Below, in pieces: positions 11,648-25,116 of a DNA stretch of 64,000 nucleotides. Both the position numbers and the translations under genes were made by a program. The notes beneath the pieces are model-generated. The model searched no databases. It saw only the letters and a program-made list of their open reading frames with translations, and was not told the DNA's origin. Source of the stretch: Spongospora subterranea f. sp. subterranea. Lineage: Eukaryota. How positions within the stretch are numbered: the stretch's first letter is position 1; the number at the start of each line of letters is the position of its first letter. The DNA lies in the NCBI GenBank assembly GCA_049724395.1, contig JAUGWO010000156.1, forward strand, positions 62,001 through 126,000, read 5' to 3'.

Positions 11648-11920
11648 TTCCTTTTTTGTCCAATCAAGCGTCTATTGGTCACGGTGATTCAGCAGTGGAT
11701 CATGTGGGGGAGATCGTATGTTTTTGCACCACAAAAAACCATTGAAACTGTTTTCAAAAAGTTTGCTCAAGATTGCGGCGACGCCCAACTTTAGTGGCAA
11801 GAGGCCCTCCTCCTACATACTGGGACTGGATCATCATTGGTTGATATCTGTTACCTCAGTACAAGTATTTTTGAATTTCCGTTTCACAAAGATAATGTGT
11901 ATTTGATATTCGGAGAAGCA

Positions 11921-14678
11921 ATGGTCGGGGAGTCATTTGCGCCCAGAACGAAGCGTGAAGCCCTCAAACGCAGCGCCAAAGGTTCGGCACCACATATGAA
12001 GTGCCATGAATGAACCATGTGTCCGAATTTAGGAATATATGAACGCCGAAAAAGAGCTGCTGTTCCTGAAGCAAGGAGAAACGATGCGTCATCGCCAGAA
12101 AATCCCCGACAGATGGCCTTGATTAACCTGAGGACAACATTGGAAGTTATTCGGGCTGCCAACATTTCGTGTGGAAACCTATATGGCAGCACATTTCTCG
12201 GCGCCAGTAGACGATGAAGCACATAAACAGGAACTGCTGACTAGGAAAACGTTGATGAACGAGACTTTGAAGAGTTTCGTGACTGACAACTATAATATGT
12301 TTATACATACCTCAAAAGAAATCGAATGTACGCGTTTATCGTTTGACGACATCTCTTACTGAGTTGTTTGGCAGATATTGAATCCGATTTGTCCAACTTG
12401 CATAACACTTTGGGTCAATACAAGACTGCAATCAAGAGGCTACAGGATATTCCAATTACTAAGAAAGGTCTTGTACCAGTTTTTTCAAAACAATCGTGGT
12501 TTACAGTAATTTGAGCCCATATTTCGCAGATACGCATGCAATTCTAATTTCCAAAATATCATCTGGCGCCAAAAATGTCAATTCGACAATACTAATTGAC
12601 ATTATCGACGAGCTAAATACTTTGATATATGAACGGAAGCTGGAACAAGCTACTGAGTTGGTCGATTCGTCTTTTGATAGAGTAAATACTATTGATGCAA
12701 CCGATATCCAAGTGGAAGATGCTCACGCAAAGCTCACTATCGAAAAAGATAAACTAGTCTGCGTGGCGTCAGAAATGTTCAAAGTATGACGCCGGTATTG
12801 ACCATAATTTTTCTGAATTTCTTTTTCAGTCACCAGCACTGAAACCTCAAGAAAGACGTCGATATATCAACTGTATTGTAAAGTTAGGCCAGATGGATAA
12901 AGCGCTTGATCTGTTTGTCGAGCAACGTAGCTCCATGATTCGTATCGCGCAAGGTTTTTATTGCTATAATTAAGCGCTATTGTTTGAAGAGTGTGTTTTT
13001 TCAGGACAGATCCGATCAACCGGTGATTTGACATCATATATCACTGACGTTTCAGGAGTTGTTTTTTCTTCCATTGGAACTGGCTGGATCGAATTCAAAC
13101 GCATATTCAAAAACCATGCGCTAAACTCCCGATTCTTTACATGGGCAACATCTGAACTGGAGACGTTTGGCAATCTTGTTCGTCATCAGGTCAGCTGTAG
13201 AGTTGTAGCCATGTTACTATCAATCAAACCGGCTTAGGTATTTCGGAGCCGATTCTTCATTTCGCACAGTCTGTCAATGTGTGCATTTGACAGTACTTGC
13301 CTGCAAAATGCTGGAGAAACAAGGGCTCAAATTTTCTTTTATGTTTGAAAAACTTTTTCTGGATGATCTGGTAGGCATTTCTGGGAGTAGGCTGATTGGA
13401 GGTTGCTTTCTTTCAGCGATTCTTGCAGAGATCCGCTTTTCAAACTTACAGCATTACTGCCCGTCAAATTATTGCCAAGGCGCTTAGTACAGAAACGTGG
13501 GAGATCGAGCAAACTTGGATCAAACAACCTAGTAAGATTGATGTTGCTGATAAGGTATTTGTAACTGTCAGTGGTAAACGATTTATTAATTTGTTTCTAA
13601 AGCTGTCGATTACTCGAAGTGCACGTAGCCTATATGACGTCGTCCATCAGTTCATTCAGGATATGAGACTACTTATATTCAATCCCATCGTTTTTGATCC
13701 AACTGTTAACGACTTGCTTCCACTCGCATCCACAGGAATCAGAGTTATGTTTGAAGAGTATTTGTTGCATATGGCCACTGTTTCCAAATCGGAGGCTACG
13801 ACTGACGCCCAAGGCATCGCCATCCTTTCCAACTCTTACTTCCTTGCTGAAGATCTCTTTCCCAGAATAATAAAGCAATTAACGCAGCGGATCCCACCTC
13901 AACGAGGTAAGATCTCGATTTTGATCTCACAACTGTTAATCCTGTCGCAAAGGTATGACTGAGATACTGAATTTTCACGATCAACTCATGAAGTTTTACA
14001 AAGCTCAAAGAGAGTTTTTTTGCCAAAAACGTGGGGAGAAGTGGATTAGTGATATTATCCAATGGAACAGCGAGGCGGAAAAATGGTTTGCGCCGCTTGA
14101 TTCCCCTGTTGATACTCCATCAGCGGGGTTCATGTCTTTTGGTGTATATCTGATTCAGCTAGGTGTTCAGGTTAATAAATGCCTTGAGGTAAGTTTCTGT
14201 CTGGATTCTTCAAGGCCTTGCTCATTGTTTTCAGTTCGAGGTCCCTCGCATTCAATCTCGTGCAGTTGCTGAAGTACTTTCCCAATTACGTTCCGATGCA
14301 TCCTGGAGCCATGTCCCGGCAAAGCTAAATCCCCGCGGCTACAGACAGCTCACGCTCGATATGGCGTTTATGAAAATGGCGGAAGGGGGTTCCGGTTTTT
14401 ATCAAGAGGCTGTTATGAAATATTCGTCTGAAATCATGCTTCACGCCAAAAAAAGACTTGAAACACCAATCGAGACTATTGATGAATCTTGGGCTGACAA
14501 ATTGATTGATTGCCTCCCGGAAAAGACTCGTCTGACAGTTGCTATTAAAGTTACGCCAAACAAAGCTTCGGAACCAATCTCTCGTTTGATTTCTCCAAAT
14601 CCGTCTCCAGCACGGGGAAGCAGAGCTCAGTCCACACTTGTCATAAGAGAAAGCGGGTCGAGCAGAAAGCAAAAGTAA
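11921..14678 (+). CDS. EXO84: Exocyst complex subunit Exo84/EXOC8-like, multi-exon (start uncertain)
   Basis: Vps51/Exo84 N-terminal motif 'LKSFVTDNYNMFIHTSKEIE'. Exo84_C-like 'GDLTSYITDVSGVVFSSI', 'SRFFTWATSELETFGNLVRHQV' and 'CKMLEKQGLKFSF'. Confidence 0.75.
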
Positions 14679-14822
14679 AATAACGTGCATTCCTAAATAC
14701 CGCCGTCACATGCGTATTAGTTTTATAGAAATGCAAGTTCAATAGTCAGAAATAACTATTTATTAAGCGATGTGGCTGCAGCACCTTCAGCCAGACGACA
14801 ACCGTGGATGTTGAGAAATAGC

Positions 14823-16242
14823 TCAATATCCAAATAACCACGCCCACCATCCCTTGCATGGGTATTTAACTCCTGCTTCTAACAATTTCTTGAATGCTTT
14901 GCTAAATTCCTTGAAGAATGCGGCTTCGTCTTTAGCGAAATATTCAACGTAGTATTTAAACTTTGGGTCTTCGATAAGCGCCATATCTGTTGGAAGCATC
15001 ATGAGCTTTCCAGTTTTATCCTCATATTGCTTAGGGCCGTTCCATTTTTTCTCGGTCCTAAGAATGCAGGTTATGTGTGAACCAATTACGGCTACCGAAA
15101 TAGAATACCACTTCTCTTCAAGTAGCAGCCGAAAAAATTCGTTACTGAATGTAGTAGGTGCATTTGTCCATGGCCCAGTGAAGCCAGATCTGTTCGGATG
15201 ACAACGGCCAACAGCTGAAAAATTGATGGTGGGTAATCATATATAAGCAGAGAGAATGCTTTTGTACCGTGAGCCCCCAGAAGAGCAACTATTTCCTTGT
15301 CGTTGAAGCCCATGCGGTAGAAAATATCTCTCACGTGCTGAGCGCCTTGTGCTGCATCTGGAAGACGACCGTCAGGTGGGCAGGACGTCCCATCTTTCGC
15401 ATCAGTGCGTCCTATGTGACAGTTGAGAGGTATGATTTATGTTGGAACATATGAGTTAACCTTCGCGCCATGGAACAACAGGGCCGCCCATTTCTTCGAT
15501 GGCGACAACCCCTGCCAGAGTCCATAAATCTGCATAGGATACGCCTGACGGTGCAGTGGTTAAATAAACTACGATTCGGGTGTCGGTGCGAATACCGGGG
15601 TATTTTGCCTTCAAGGGCTCAAGAACCTGTCGAGCAACGGCTAGACCGGCATTTGCTCCGAATTCGGATTCAGGCTTAAAACGCATTGTCGCACCGTTAG
15701 ATCTAGACGTTACGCTGTTATGAATTTCGGTACGTGATAAAAAATAAAATGTACCCGCCGGGGCATGTTGCTCCTTTCGTGCCATCATACGATCCGGCAG
15801 CATGCCAGGCCAAACGAACTAATACAGGGCCGTATGATCCATCGTCATAAGAGGAGTTTGATTCAAGCAAGTCTGCCTAATTAGTGCACATGGTCAATAT
15901 TTGCTGGAGCTGAATCCGATTACAGCTCTACGATATCTTTGCGAAGCTGAGCGTAGTCAACTGGGGCAGAGGCAGACGCAGAGGTTTCCTTGGCTTGTTC
16001 GCAAACTGCTACAGTGCTAGCCAGCGCGACAGCTGCTGTGGCACCAGCAGCAAACCCCCAGGCATGATATCCATGACCGCTCGATGACGTGGAGGTTGCC
16101 AAGCATCGAACAGAATGAGCTGATTGTCCAAATTCAGCATCAGCAGATTTTTTCCTTCACATTCGAAACTACCTGCAACTAGACGAGGACCAGCGCCTCG
16201 AGAAGCCAATGACAAGCCGCGAACGGATCGTGACAATAGCAT
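14823..16242 (-). CDS. CCP1: Mitochondrial cytochrome c peroxidase (class I heme peroxidase, CCP/APX family), multi-exon
   Basis: Transit-like N-terminus '[16 protein letters not shown]'. Motifs '[14 protein letters not shown]', 'ANAGL', '[21 protein letters not shown]', '[21 protein letters not shown]' and '[10 protein letters not shown]'. Confidence 0.9.
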
Positions 16243-16812
16243 GATTGATAATATTATTATGAACAAAAGGCGATAAGTTCTCTATGTCCTCACTGGTCAG
16301 TCCCCCCAGTGACGCTTGAAAATCACGTTGCGCACATTGGCGGGTATAACTCCGGAGTCAAAGGGAAACCTCCCGTCCCGTCCCGTCTCAAGAAGCGCGC
16401 GGCGAAAATGCCCGTATATGTTGGACATGTGCGTCAAAACCATAATTGTCGAGCGCTGAAAATCCCTTCATAGTGCGAAATGTCACAATGAATTGATTGC
16501 ACAGCCCAAGTTGCCCGAAAATTCGTACCCAAGGATTATGTGAATCGTTTGAAAATATAGGTAAATTTACGAAGAGACTGGAATTATTTAGTGCAATTAA
16601 ATAAGAGTTCGGTTATTATTACAACTAAATGCTGTTGCTGCAACATTGCACAAGTTTTGATCATTTCACAGAGTAGGTTGGGAACTCACAAGTTGACTAG
16701 GTTCCGGAACTTTTTATCATCACCGCATTCTGAGATTTTTGGAGCTGGATTATTTGATCCAATTACACACCATTTATGACGACAAGACGTTCGACAATAT
16801 TAATATAATGAT

Positions 16813-18188
16813 TTAATCTTGGAGATTGCTAAGAAGATTGTGTCCACCAGATAACCCCAATGCAGCACATATAGAATGAAAGACGGTTGCGCTCGATATT
16901 AAACGCAAAGACGGAATGTATCGAAGATATCGAGGAATATATATCGTTCCTTGCCCCTCGCAAATGCCATTTACAATATCGCGCGCGGCTTGTTGCAAAC
17001 GAAGTCGCGGACACGATGATTGCGACAGAAACGATTCTCTAAACAACCTATTGAGAACTAAACTGTACAGTCATCGAATTCCATACCCGTGATAGATTGG
17101 ATCAATCATGTTCAAATGGACGCAGGCCCAGAATACGCTGACTCCAATGTTCCCATACTCTCGAAGCTCGACGCGCAAAGCTTCGGTCAATCCCATGGCT
17201 GCGAACTGATTAGCACAGAAATGAACTTGATTGGCTACGCCTGTTCACACTGGTCGGTGATGAACCTTGAACGGCGCGAAGCAATGAATACCGGTAACTG
17301 CCGCGCTGGAGGAGACTATCGCTACGCATCCACGATTAGATTCAACCATCTGAGCCACAGTTAAAAATTCGACAGAGAACCGAAACAAAATTTCGACGCA
17401 TTACATCAGAAAGAAACGCCTTGATTACGGTAAAATGCCCCATTGCAGCCACATCGAACTCGCGTCGAATTGAGTCAATTGGTAGTTTATGTAAGGGCGG
17501 CGATAATTGAGCGTCGCATGGTGGCCGAACATTAACATCGATGATCAACTCCACCGGTCCTGATATCGATTAACACATCACAAACTTTGTTGCAAAACGG
17601 CATCCATACCAATCTGTTTTTCATGAAGAAGCCTTTTAAGTGGCGTCACAAGCCGGTCCTGGATCATTTTCTCATCTGATGTATCGCAACTGAAGCAAAA
17701 CGCGCGACCATTCCTGGAGTCAATGATATTTGCACAAGCAGAAGAACAAGAATCGCTGCAGTCAACGACAACGACTAGTAGCGGTCGGCAGAAATGAGAA
17801 GCTGGCAGACATTGTTAATAACGAGTACCTGTGGCACCTCGAGCTCCGAGTTCAAATGCGGTATACATGCCGATTCCCGATTGGACGCCATTGATTACCA
17901 CTGTCTTTCCTTTAAGCGCTGAAGACCTCTTACGACGTTGATTTCGTAACCAGCGGATGCATATTCCAAGAACTACGCCAATGAGCACTGCACAACAAGG
18001 CTGGATTCAGCCATCAAATTCGGATCATCCATTCCACCCAATAAATTGGAAAAAAACTTGATTAACAAATAAAACTTCGATCAGATAAAGAATAAAATCA
18101 TACTTAATGTACGGTTCATCGGAAATACAGCAGCTGATAGTCTGGTTATGATGCGGTTGGCTTTAATCAGCAAGCTCTCCAACGACAT
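16813..18188 (-). CDS. Short-chain dehydrogenase/reductase (retinol dehydrogenase/17-beta-HSD11-like), multi-exon
   Basis: N-terminal membrane segment, Rossmann-like 'VVINGVQSGIG', 'FDVAAMGHFTVIKAFL', YxxxK-like 'YASSK' and C-terminal 'IYIPRYL'. Confidence 0.7.
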
Positions 18189-20968
18189 GACTATTATTTT
18201 GATGGTGCCTAAGACCCGTTCCTGGTGACGCCTGCCTGTTTGGTGTTCGGCCTGATCGGGTGCGTTGCGATATTAGGAGGGCGTTGAATCCCCTCTTCAC
18301 CTCATCATTGTACGATGATTAAGAGCGATACGGCAATGCCCTCCATAACCCATCTCCTCATCTCCAAATACTGTACCACATGTACTGTACCTTAATGCAG
18401 TCGATACCCAACGGTGTGTAACTCAATAATTCATCCGTACACCTGTCGAACACGTTTCTCGGCAAACGGGCACAGTTTATCTGGTTCCAAGATGGCGAAA
18501 GCGCTGGCATGATGTGCTCGGAAGATGCTAACCGCTTCTGTTCATTGGGCAGTAGTTTTGCCGTTTGAAAAAATGACAGAAATCAACTTGATATCCTGAA
18601 CACCAGGTGACTATGCGATGGGCTTCAGGCACTGGGCTGTCGTGCAACCCTTACGAACGTGTGCGTGATCTTCGCTGAATGGTCCCCGTTCATTTATCGG
18701 TGCAGTTGATGCCATAATACATCGTGGAAGATTCGCTAAAATGTTTGAAATGCTCTTGTTCTCGGTAGTACTCGATATCAATGCCGCGCTATATATTCGG
18801 AAATGATGTTCGTAAGAAGCACATGCTACGACCGAGGTCTGTTTGTGAAATCTTCTATTATCAGTATATGAAACCGCTAGCACTCCTACCGGCACAAAAT
18901 ATGATCAGGCTCAAATTGTTCGCTTTGACTCCTAGGATGCATCGAAAACCCAAAAACTTGATTGACCGAACAAATAAACGCGCGTAAAAGCTGACCCTAA
19001 ACAGGCATCGATAATAGTGGTTCCCGAAATCGAGGTCATAGGCTCCCAATAAAGCGATCTGACGTACACCGGAAGAAGCTAAAGAACGTGTTTGGCAAAG
19101 GGTCATTTCACCATAATGGATTACCATAGAGGAGGACCAAATAAACTCACAGACATCATAACCCCAGCAGGTGCCCGAAGACATAATGGCCGCAGAAACT
19201 CTTTACAAATCGTAAAAAATCGAATAAAATGGTACTACGAGAGGCTTTCGGGGCCGTTGTTTGCGAATAGGAATCAGTTGTTGTTGAAAATCCGATTTGG
19301 CTTGGTTTGGCACGCTCTAGGCTACATTTGCAGCTTACTTCAAGGGATACGGTCGTAGGAATGATCTTAGCACTACCACTTGTGTAAGAAGAAAAGAAAG
19401 TGAATTTAAAGCTCCAATAAACTTGTATGATGACTGAGTTAAAAAAAATGGAAATAGATACCGGATATTTTGTGTTTTGAAGACGACACATTTCTCCATA
19501 ATGTAGTTTGTTTTTAAACATAAGTTTGGCTCCACAATTGCCAAAGAGCTTGTCTACGGTATGCCATTTTGGTCATTTTGCCCCAATGAGCCATTTTGTA
19601 TCGATTTTGTGCCACAGCATTGTGCAGTTCTCCGGACGCTTCCGCCACACATCAATGACGCCCTCAAAGTCCCGACAGTTCCTGACATGTTTGACATGCA
19701 GTTATTGAAACCATAAGATTCTTCACAGATCCAGGACGACGTCTTTCCCGTTGTTCGTTTTTTCAGCGGTTCTTCTTAGCGGGGCGGCTGATACAGGCGA
19801 GTACGCGGCAATGCCCCTGGTTTTTTCCATCGCAATAGGTTCTGGTCGGCGACAGCGAAGTCCTACCGTCTCCAGCTCCAACGTTTGTCGCGATGACACC
19901 ATCTGCCTTCATCGCAGTAGTTCCCAGCGCCCTGGATCACATATTGTGAGACCGGACGGCTGAATTGCTGAGACGAAACCAATTCCGCTTCCGCTTTACG
20001 CCGGGACTCCTCCATGCCAGCGTATCTCGCCATGGACTGGTCGATTATCATTCCTGCCGATCTCCGGTCGACCTTCACAAATCGGTACTTTCTTCCTAGG
20101 CGATTCCGAGGTTGTGAGGATTCTTCCGGTGATGCTGCCCTCCGGCGACGGTTGTGGTCATCCTTGAGGGTGGAACATTATGGGTTAAATATCTCAACAT
20201 TGGTACAGTATCCGCTGGGGCACTAACACCAACCGAAATCCTTTTCCCGGAGGAGCATGTTCCAGTTGACTCATTCAAAAGGTTCATCATCGGATTATTG
20301 AAGAAATTGTCAGTCAGGTAATTTTGGCGGAAAGGCCTGCTTTATTATCATACGAGTGAAGCAGGATGAAAACAATGCTGTATTTCCCGCCTGCCAACTC
20401 CGATATCGGTTTAGAACCAAGGACCACATCGGGTTTTTCGAAAGTCGCGGCTATACGATCATCTGTGTGCAGGATGATTCTTCATCTACAGTTTGTAGTC
20501 ATCATCAGCGCCGCCTACATTGGCACAGTCCTTCCTCAGGTCTTCGCAATCGCCGATCTCGTAATAACGGTCGCCCTGACGATTAGAACTCCCCAATATT
20601 CAGTGTTTGTTCTGGTAAGAGTTATGGTTGCATTTCGATAAATATCGTACTGACTTCTCGAAAGGCCATTTCTGCTTCACGAGCCCTATCTGTCTTTATC
20701 GCTGGTGTCGCTGCATATGATATTAGGCCTCGGCGTGCCTTAACGGCATTGGCCATTACAATTACTCTCACTTCTTTGGTACAGATCTCCCGAAATCTCA
20801 CATGGAGTTTGCTTCCGATTTTCGCCATAACCATCAGCAGTTTAGAGATTGTGTCATTGTGGCTAGCCGGTCGCAGAAAGGTGACCATTCCACATGCATA
20901 TGAACGCATATGAACCTTAATAGTATTGCTGCTGGTGGATAAACCCGACTCAATATTATTGATTTGGT

Positions 20969-23900
20969 CTAGATTTTATTTTTGAATCGCGCAAGGGCTC
21001 CCATAGGTTTGGAGGGCGCTTGACCGACATTTCCGAATACAGCCGCTGGTACCGTCTTTTGTTCAATAAGTACATCCGGCTCTTCCTCTTCGATTTCCTC
21101 CCCTTCTTCGTTTTCGTCCATAATATCGATTTCTTCTGGATTCACGACAGGCGCATTCAATGATGCCTCCATCTCCAGATATTCCATCTGAATTATTAGT
21201 TAGTACTTGTTACCATTGATAGAAAAAATCGTTCGCGTTTGGAGGTTGGCATACATCATTTGCAGTCTGGGCAGCGACCTTATCACCCTGTGCGGCTCCA
21301 GCAAGAGCTTGCGCCTGAGCAATAGTTGCCTGTACGAAATGAGTCTGGGCCTGTTGAAAGTACAACAACGTCAACGTGAATCACAAAGGATCACAACATT
21401 GCGAATTAACCATATCAGCGGCGACGCTCCTTCGAATTCGCAACATCTCCCTGAACGTATCTTCGTTACCGTGTTGAACTTCGAAGGAATGAAATGTATC
21501 CCAGAAATTTGTATCAGTAGTGGGAGAGCAGAATTGACTGCAATAGCTGTATAATGCACGGACACGGTCCACCTGGTCGCAGGTCGAGTTAGCAGGTTGA
21601 ACACAGCATTGTCCAAGAGAGTACGTTACCTCTCCCAGCTTCAATTCTAATTGTGCATATTGCATAATCACAAAGCGCACCAGCTGCTTTGGCATAGTCT
21701 GAATAGCCTTTTCATAAACTTCTCGCGTACGGGCAACCCCAAACATCTCCGATGCCTTCGTCACATATATCTGGAACATTTCGATCTTATCGTCGTCCTT
21801 GATACGCTGCAATGCTCGGTCGTAAACTTGAAGAGCATGGCGTGCGAGACCGTATTTTTCCTCCAAATTAGCATATAACAGAAATAGATCCTATTAATAT
21901 GAGTCTTAAATGAAAACTGGAACATGCAGCAAATTTACCTTGGCGTTGTCGGCAGGAGCTTTTTCAACAGCCTGTTCGAACAGATCCCTTGCCCGCTCCA
22001 GTTTCTTACCACCATAGCGCTCCACGAATTTTGTCAAATAGGTTTTCCAGATCGGCATGGCATGCGGAAAACCAAAACGGGCCAAACCCAATTCATAAGC
22101 TCGGAACGAATCCTGAAGGTCCAAAGTTTTAGACTGCGTAAGCTTGCTCAAGAAAAGCGGAGAGAAAATACTTCAAAGAATCGGTGAGACTCCAGTAGCG
22201 CTGCCAGATTCAGGACAGTCTGCGGCGTTGCAATTTTAATATCAAGCATCGTTGTATACGCAGCCCGCGCAGATTCGAGGGTGCCAAAACTTTCTTCCAG
22301 ATCAACATAAAGCGACCATAGTTTTGTACTCCTCCATACTCTCTCCTGAAGCATTACACTCATTATCAGCATGACTAGATCAAGTAAAAAAACAGATTTT
22401 ACCTGGACGGGTTTATGGGCATCTGCCTTCATTCTTTCACGTTTATCAGGTACGCTGGCAGTGACACGACGGCTAACATCCAACGCAGCTTTAAACTGCT
22501 TTTCTCTCAGCTCCATTTCAATCCATGAGCACCATATATCAGAAAGCTCATCAACGGTCCGGAACTGGACAGCAACCGCACTGAAAAATGAAAGTAATTA
22601 GAAAAGAAACAACTGAAAATAAAACTGTACCTTTGATAAACCGTTCGAGCATTGTCAAGAGATTGATTACTTTCGTATAATGATGCCAGACCAATCCATA
22701 TATTACTGAGTTTCCCATCTGCTTCTCGAGGTGTGATCACTTTGATCGCCTCAGCGTAAACTCTGCGAGAAGTTTATAGATGCTGAAGCAGCAGGGCAAA
22801 ATGTCACGTACTCAATGGCAGCTGCATCATCATTCCCACCAACAATCCGAACTCGTTTTAGCCATTCTGACACGCTGTAAGGATTCTGTTTTAACAGCAC
22901 AGTATTTACTAATAATGGGCGACGATTCATCAGATTCTGAAAACAAGTTAGCCCATGCAGAACACAAAGCCTGGAGATTGGTATTTACCTCGAGGCGAAG
23001 TAAGCGATGTTCCACATCATCTCCATCAATATTATAATCATCATCCTCATCGTCAACGAAGTTTGAGTCTGTCTGTTCCTCCATCTTCGCCGCCAACATC
23101 GTTTCCTCAAAACTTGAGTAGGCTTCGAATATCACAGAAAAATCGCACGCATTGTGGTCACGGTCTCAAGAGACTCCTCAAATATATCGCGAGCTTTTTC
23201 GAATTGCCCCAAACGAATGTAGTAGTGTGCTAATGAAGACCACAGCGCACCTGTCTCTGCTGAATACTTCTGCATACCTACTCGCACATCAGAACCAAAT
23301 GACATTGACGCAGTTGAAAAAAGGTTGAAAAGCAGAAAAACAATGCATGGGATATATCGTGAAAACAGTAACTGCAGCAAATGCGAAAACAAAATTGGAG
23401 TGATAATACCACTACGAAGCACGGCATCAGCAGACATAGAGGGTGGCACTTCCTTAGCGTGCTCAACTAGAAGCTGACAGAGCTCATTCCACAACTCCAG
23501 ACGTGTAGTACCAGGCTCGGGAATATATGATTCGTCACTAACTAACTCTGCCAATAGCGGCATCAAGACGGAATACTGCTTTCGCTTCCGAAGAACGTTC
23601 AGTAACAATGTTCGGCCTTGTGGTTCAAGTTGCACATATCGTCTCAAAATCCGAGTTGCCGTTTCGGCTGGAATAATGGTATTGATAACACAGCCGACAA
23701 CTGGATCCCCGGCTGCAAACTTGGCGTATTTGTCCCAAATCATGTGATGCTGAGTTACTGGTAATGATTGCAGAGCGCGATCGAATGCATTCCTGGTCCT
23801 TGTGATCAAACCTACGGAAATTGAGCATGAAAATAAGCGATATAGAATCGCTGCGTACCGAATTGCCACAGGAATTTGGAATACAGCAGCCATAATACAG

Positions 23901-24189
23901 GCATACGAGGAAGACAAGATACCGCTCGTTCAAACGCGTTTATTGCATCTGCGGCTATCGAAGTGCATACCGTAATAGGACGTTTACGGGACGCCTGTGT
24001 AAGATCTTTAAGATACCGGGTCCATATCTTGTACGATAACGGAACGGCAGCCAGGGCCCGTTCGTAAAGCGCCGCCAGTTCCGACAAGGTCGCGGTGCTC
24101 TGAACGGTATCGACGTAGCGGATCCATGCCGATACGGAATGAGGTGCAGATAAGACAGCCAATTCGAATACAGACAGATCTAGTGCCAT
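20969..24189 (-). CDS. SYF1: Pre-mRNA splicing factor SYF1/XAB2 (HAT-repeat NTC protein), multi-exon
   Basis: 'YERALAAVPLSYKIWTRYL', 'TRTRNAFDRALQSLPVTQH', 'KLWSLYVDLEESFGT', 'YGGKKLERARDLFEQA', 'FEVQHGNEDTFREMLRIRRSV' and 'NPEEIDI'. Confidence 0.95.
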
Positions 24190-24489
24190 GACGGGACTAG
24201 AGCCTGTTACGAACCCCTCTGTCAGAGGGGGCGGGGCGATAATGGATTACGATTCGGGACCGGTGACGATGGGGGATATGACGATCACTGACGGCGGACT
24301 CCGTGTGCTCACAATCGTCGTACACACCACACGAGCATCGCGACTTTGGGGTTATCGACTAATAACCGGCACCCGTTCTCTGCTCTCATTCGTGGCGTGA
24401 CGAGGCGCATTGCAATCAAATAATTACAATTCGGTATGCGGGACTAGATTCACCGCTGGTTTTTTATCGGTTAGGACGTCAACTTATCA

Positions 24490-25070
24490 TGGCGACTGAA
24501 TTCCTGTCAATAGTAAGATAAGAATGGAAGTGGGCCATGAACAACCCGGAAAGACTGAAAAATTTACCTTGTATTTTTCTTCTCTAGTTCGTACATTCAA
24601 CTGGTGCGTATTTGAGGGCGAGGTTTCTGTAGTTGAAAATTCCAGGTTCAAATTATTGGGTGAACCTGTCGTGAATGGTCGAATGACGGAAAGCTTCGAG
24701 GTTTTTTACGTTTGACATTGACAATTACCGCTCAAGGCTTCTCGGGGCATTGGTATTTCTTGGCTTAATGATAATTTCATGAGCCTGGGACTTATTTATT
24801 CGCTTTCTGTTCGGTTGCACCTACCGGATTAAAGGCGTTTGAGACAAAAAACTTTATCGTTATACAACAATTTCACAAGCGGATATAGTGTGGTGGCGAC
24901 TTCTCCTCGAATGGAACCTATCAGGGATAACGGGACTAGTAGTGAATATTGATATCGAGCATCAAAAGCGGGAATGAGCGTGGCCTGAACTTGGGGGCGC
25001 TTTTTCGAAAAATTGGCGTGAGAGACATAATCACTGTCCAAATCCATTGAATACATCTATACCTTTCAGA
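24490..25070 (+). pseudogene. Probable pseudogene of a C-factor/CsgA-type short-chain dehydrogenase
   Basis: 24890-25000 reads 'VVATSPRMEPIRDNGTSSEY*YRASKAGMSVA*', resembling the SDR 'SSRMGSIxDN...YRASKAA' motif, with in-frame TGA stops. A 'GVRDIITVQIH' segment follows in another frame. Confidence 0.5.
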
Positions 25071-25116
25071 CAAGAACTATACAAACTTGGATGAAAGTTT
25101 AATAGAAAAGCGAATA

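Noticed and set aside
24940..25000. TGA reassignment or selenocysteine to explain the in-frame stops
   Set aside because: TGA terminates ordinary genes in this window and the region also shifts frame; pseudogenisation is simpler.
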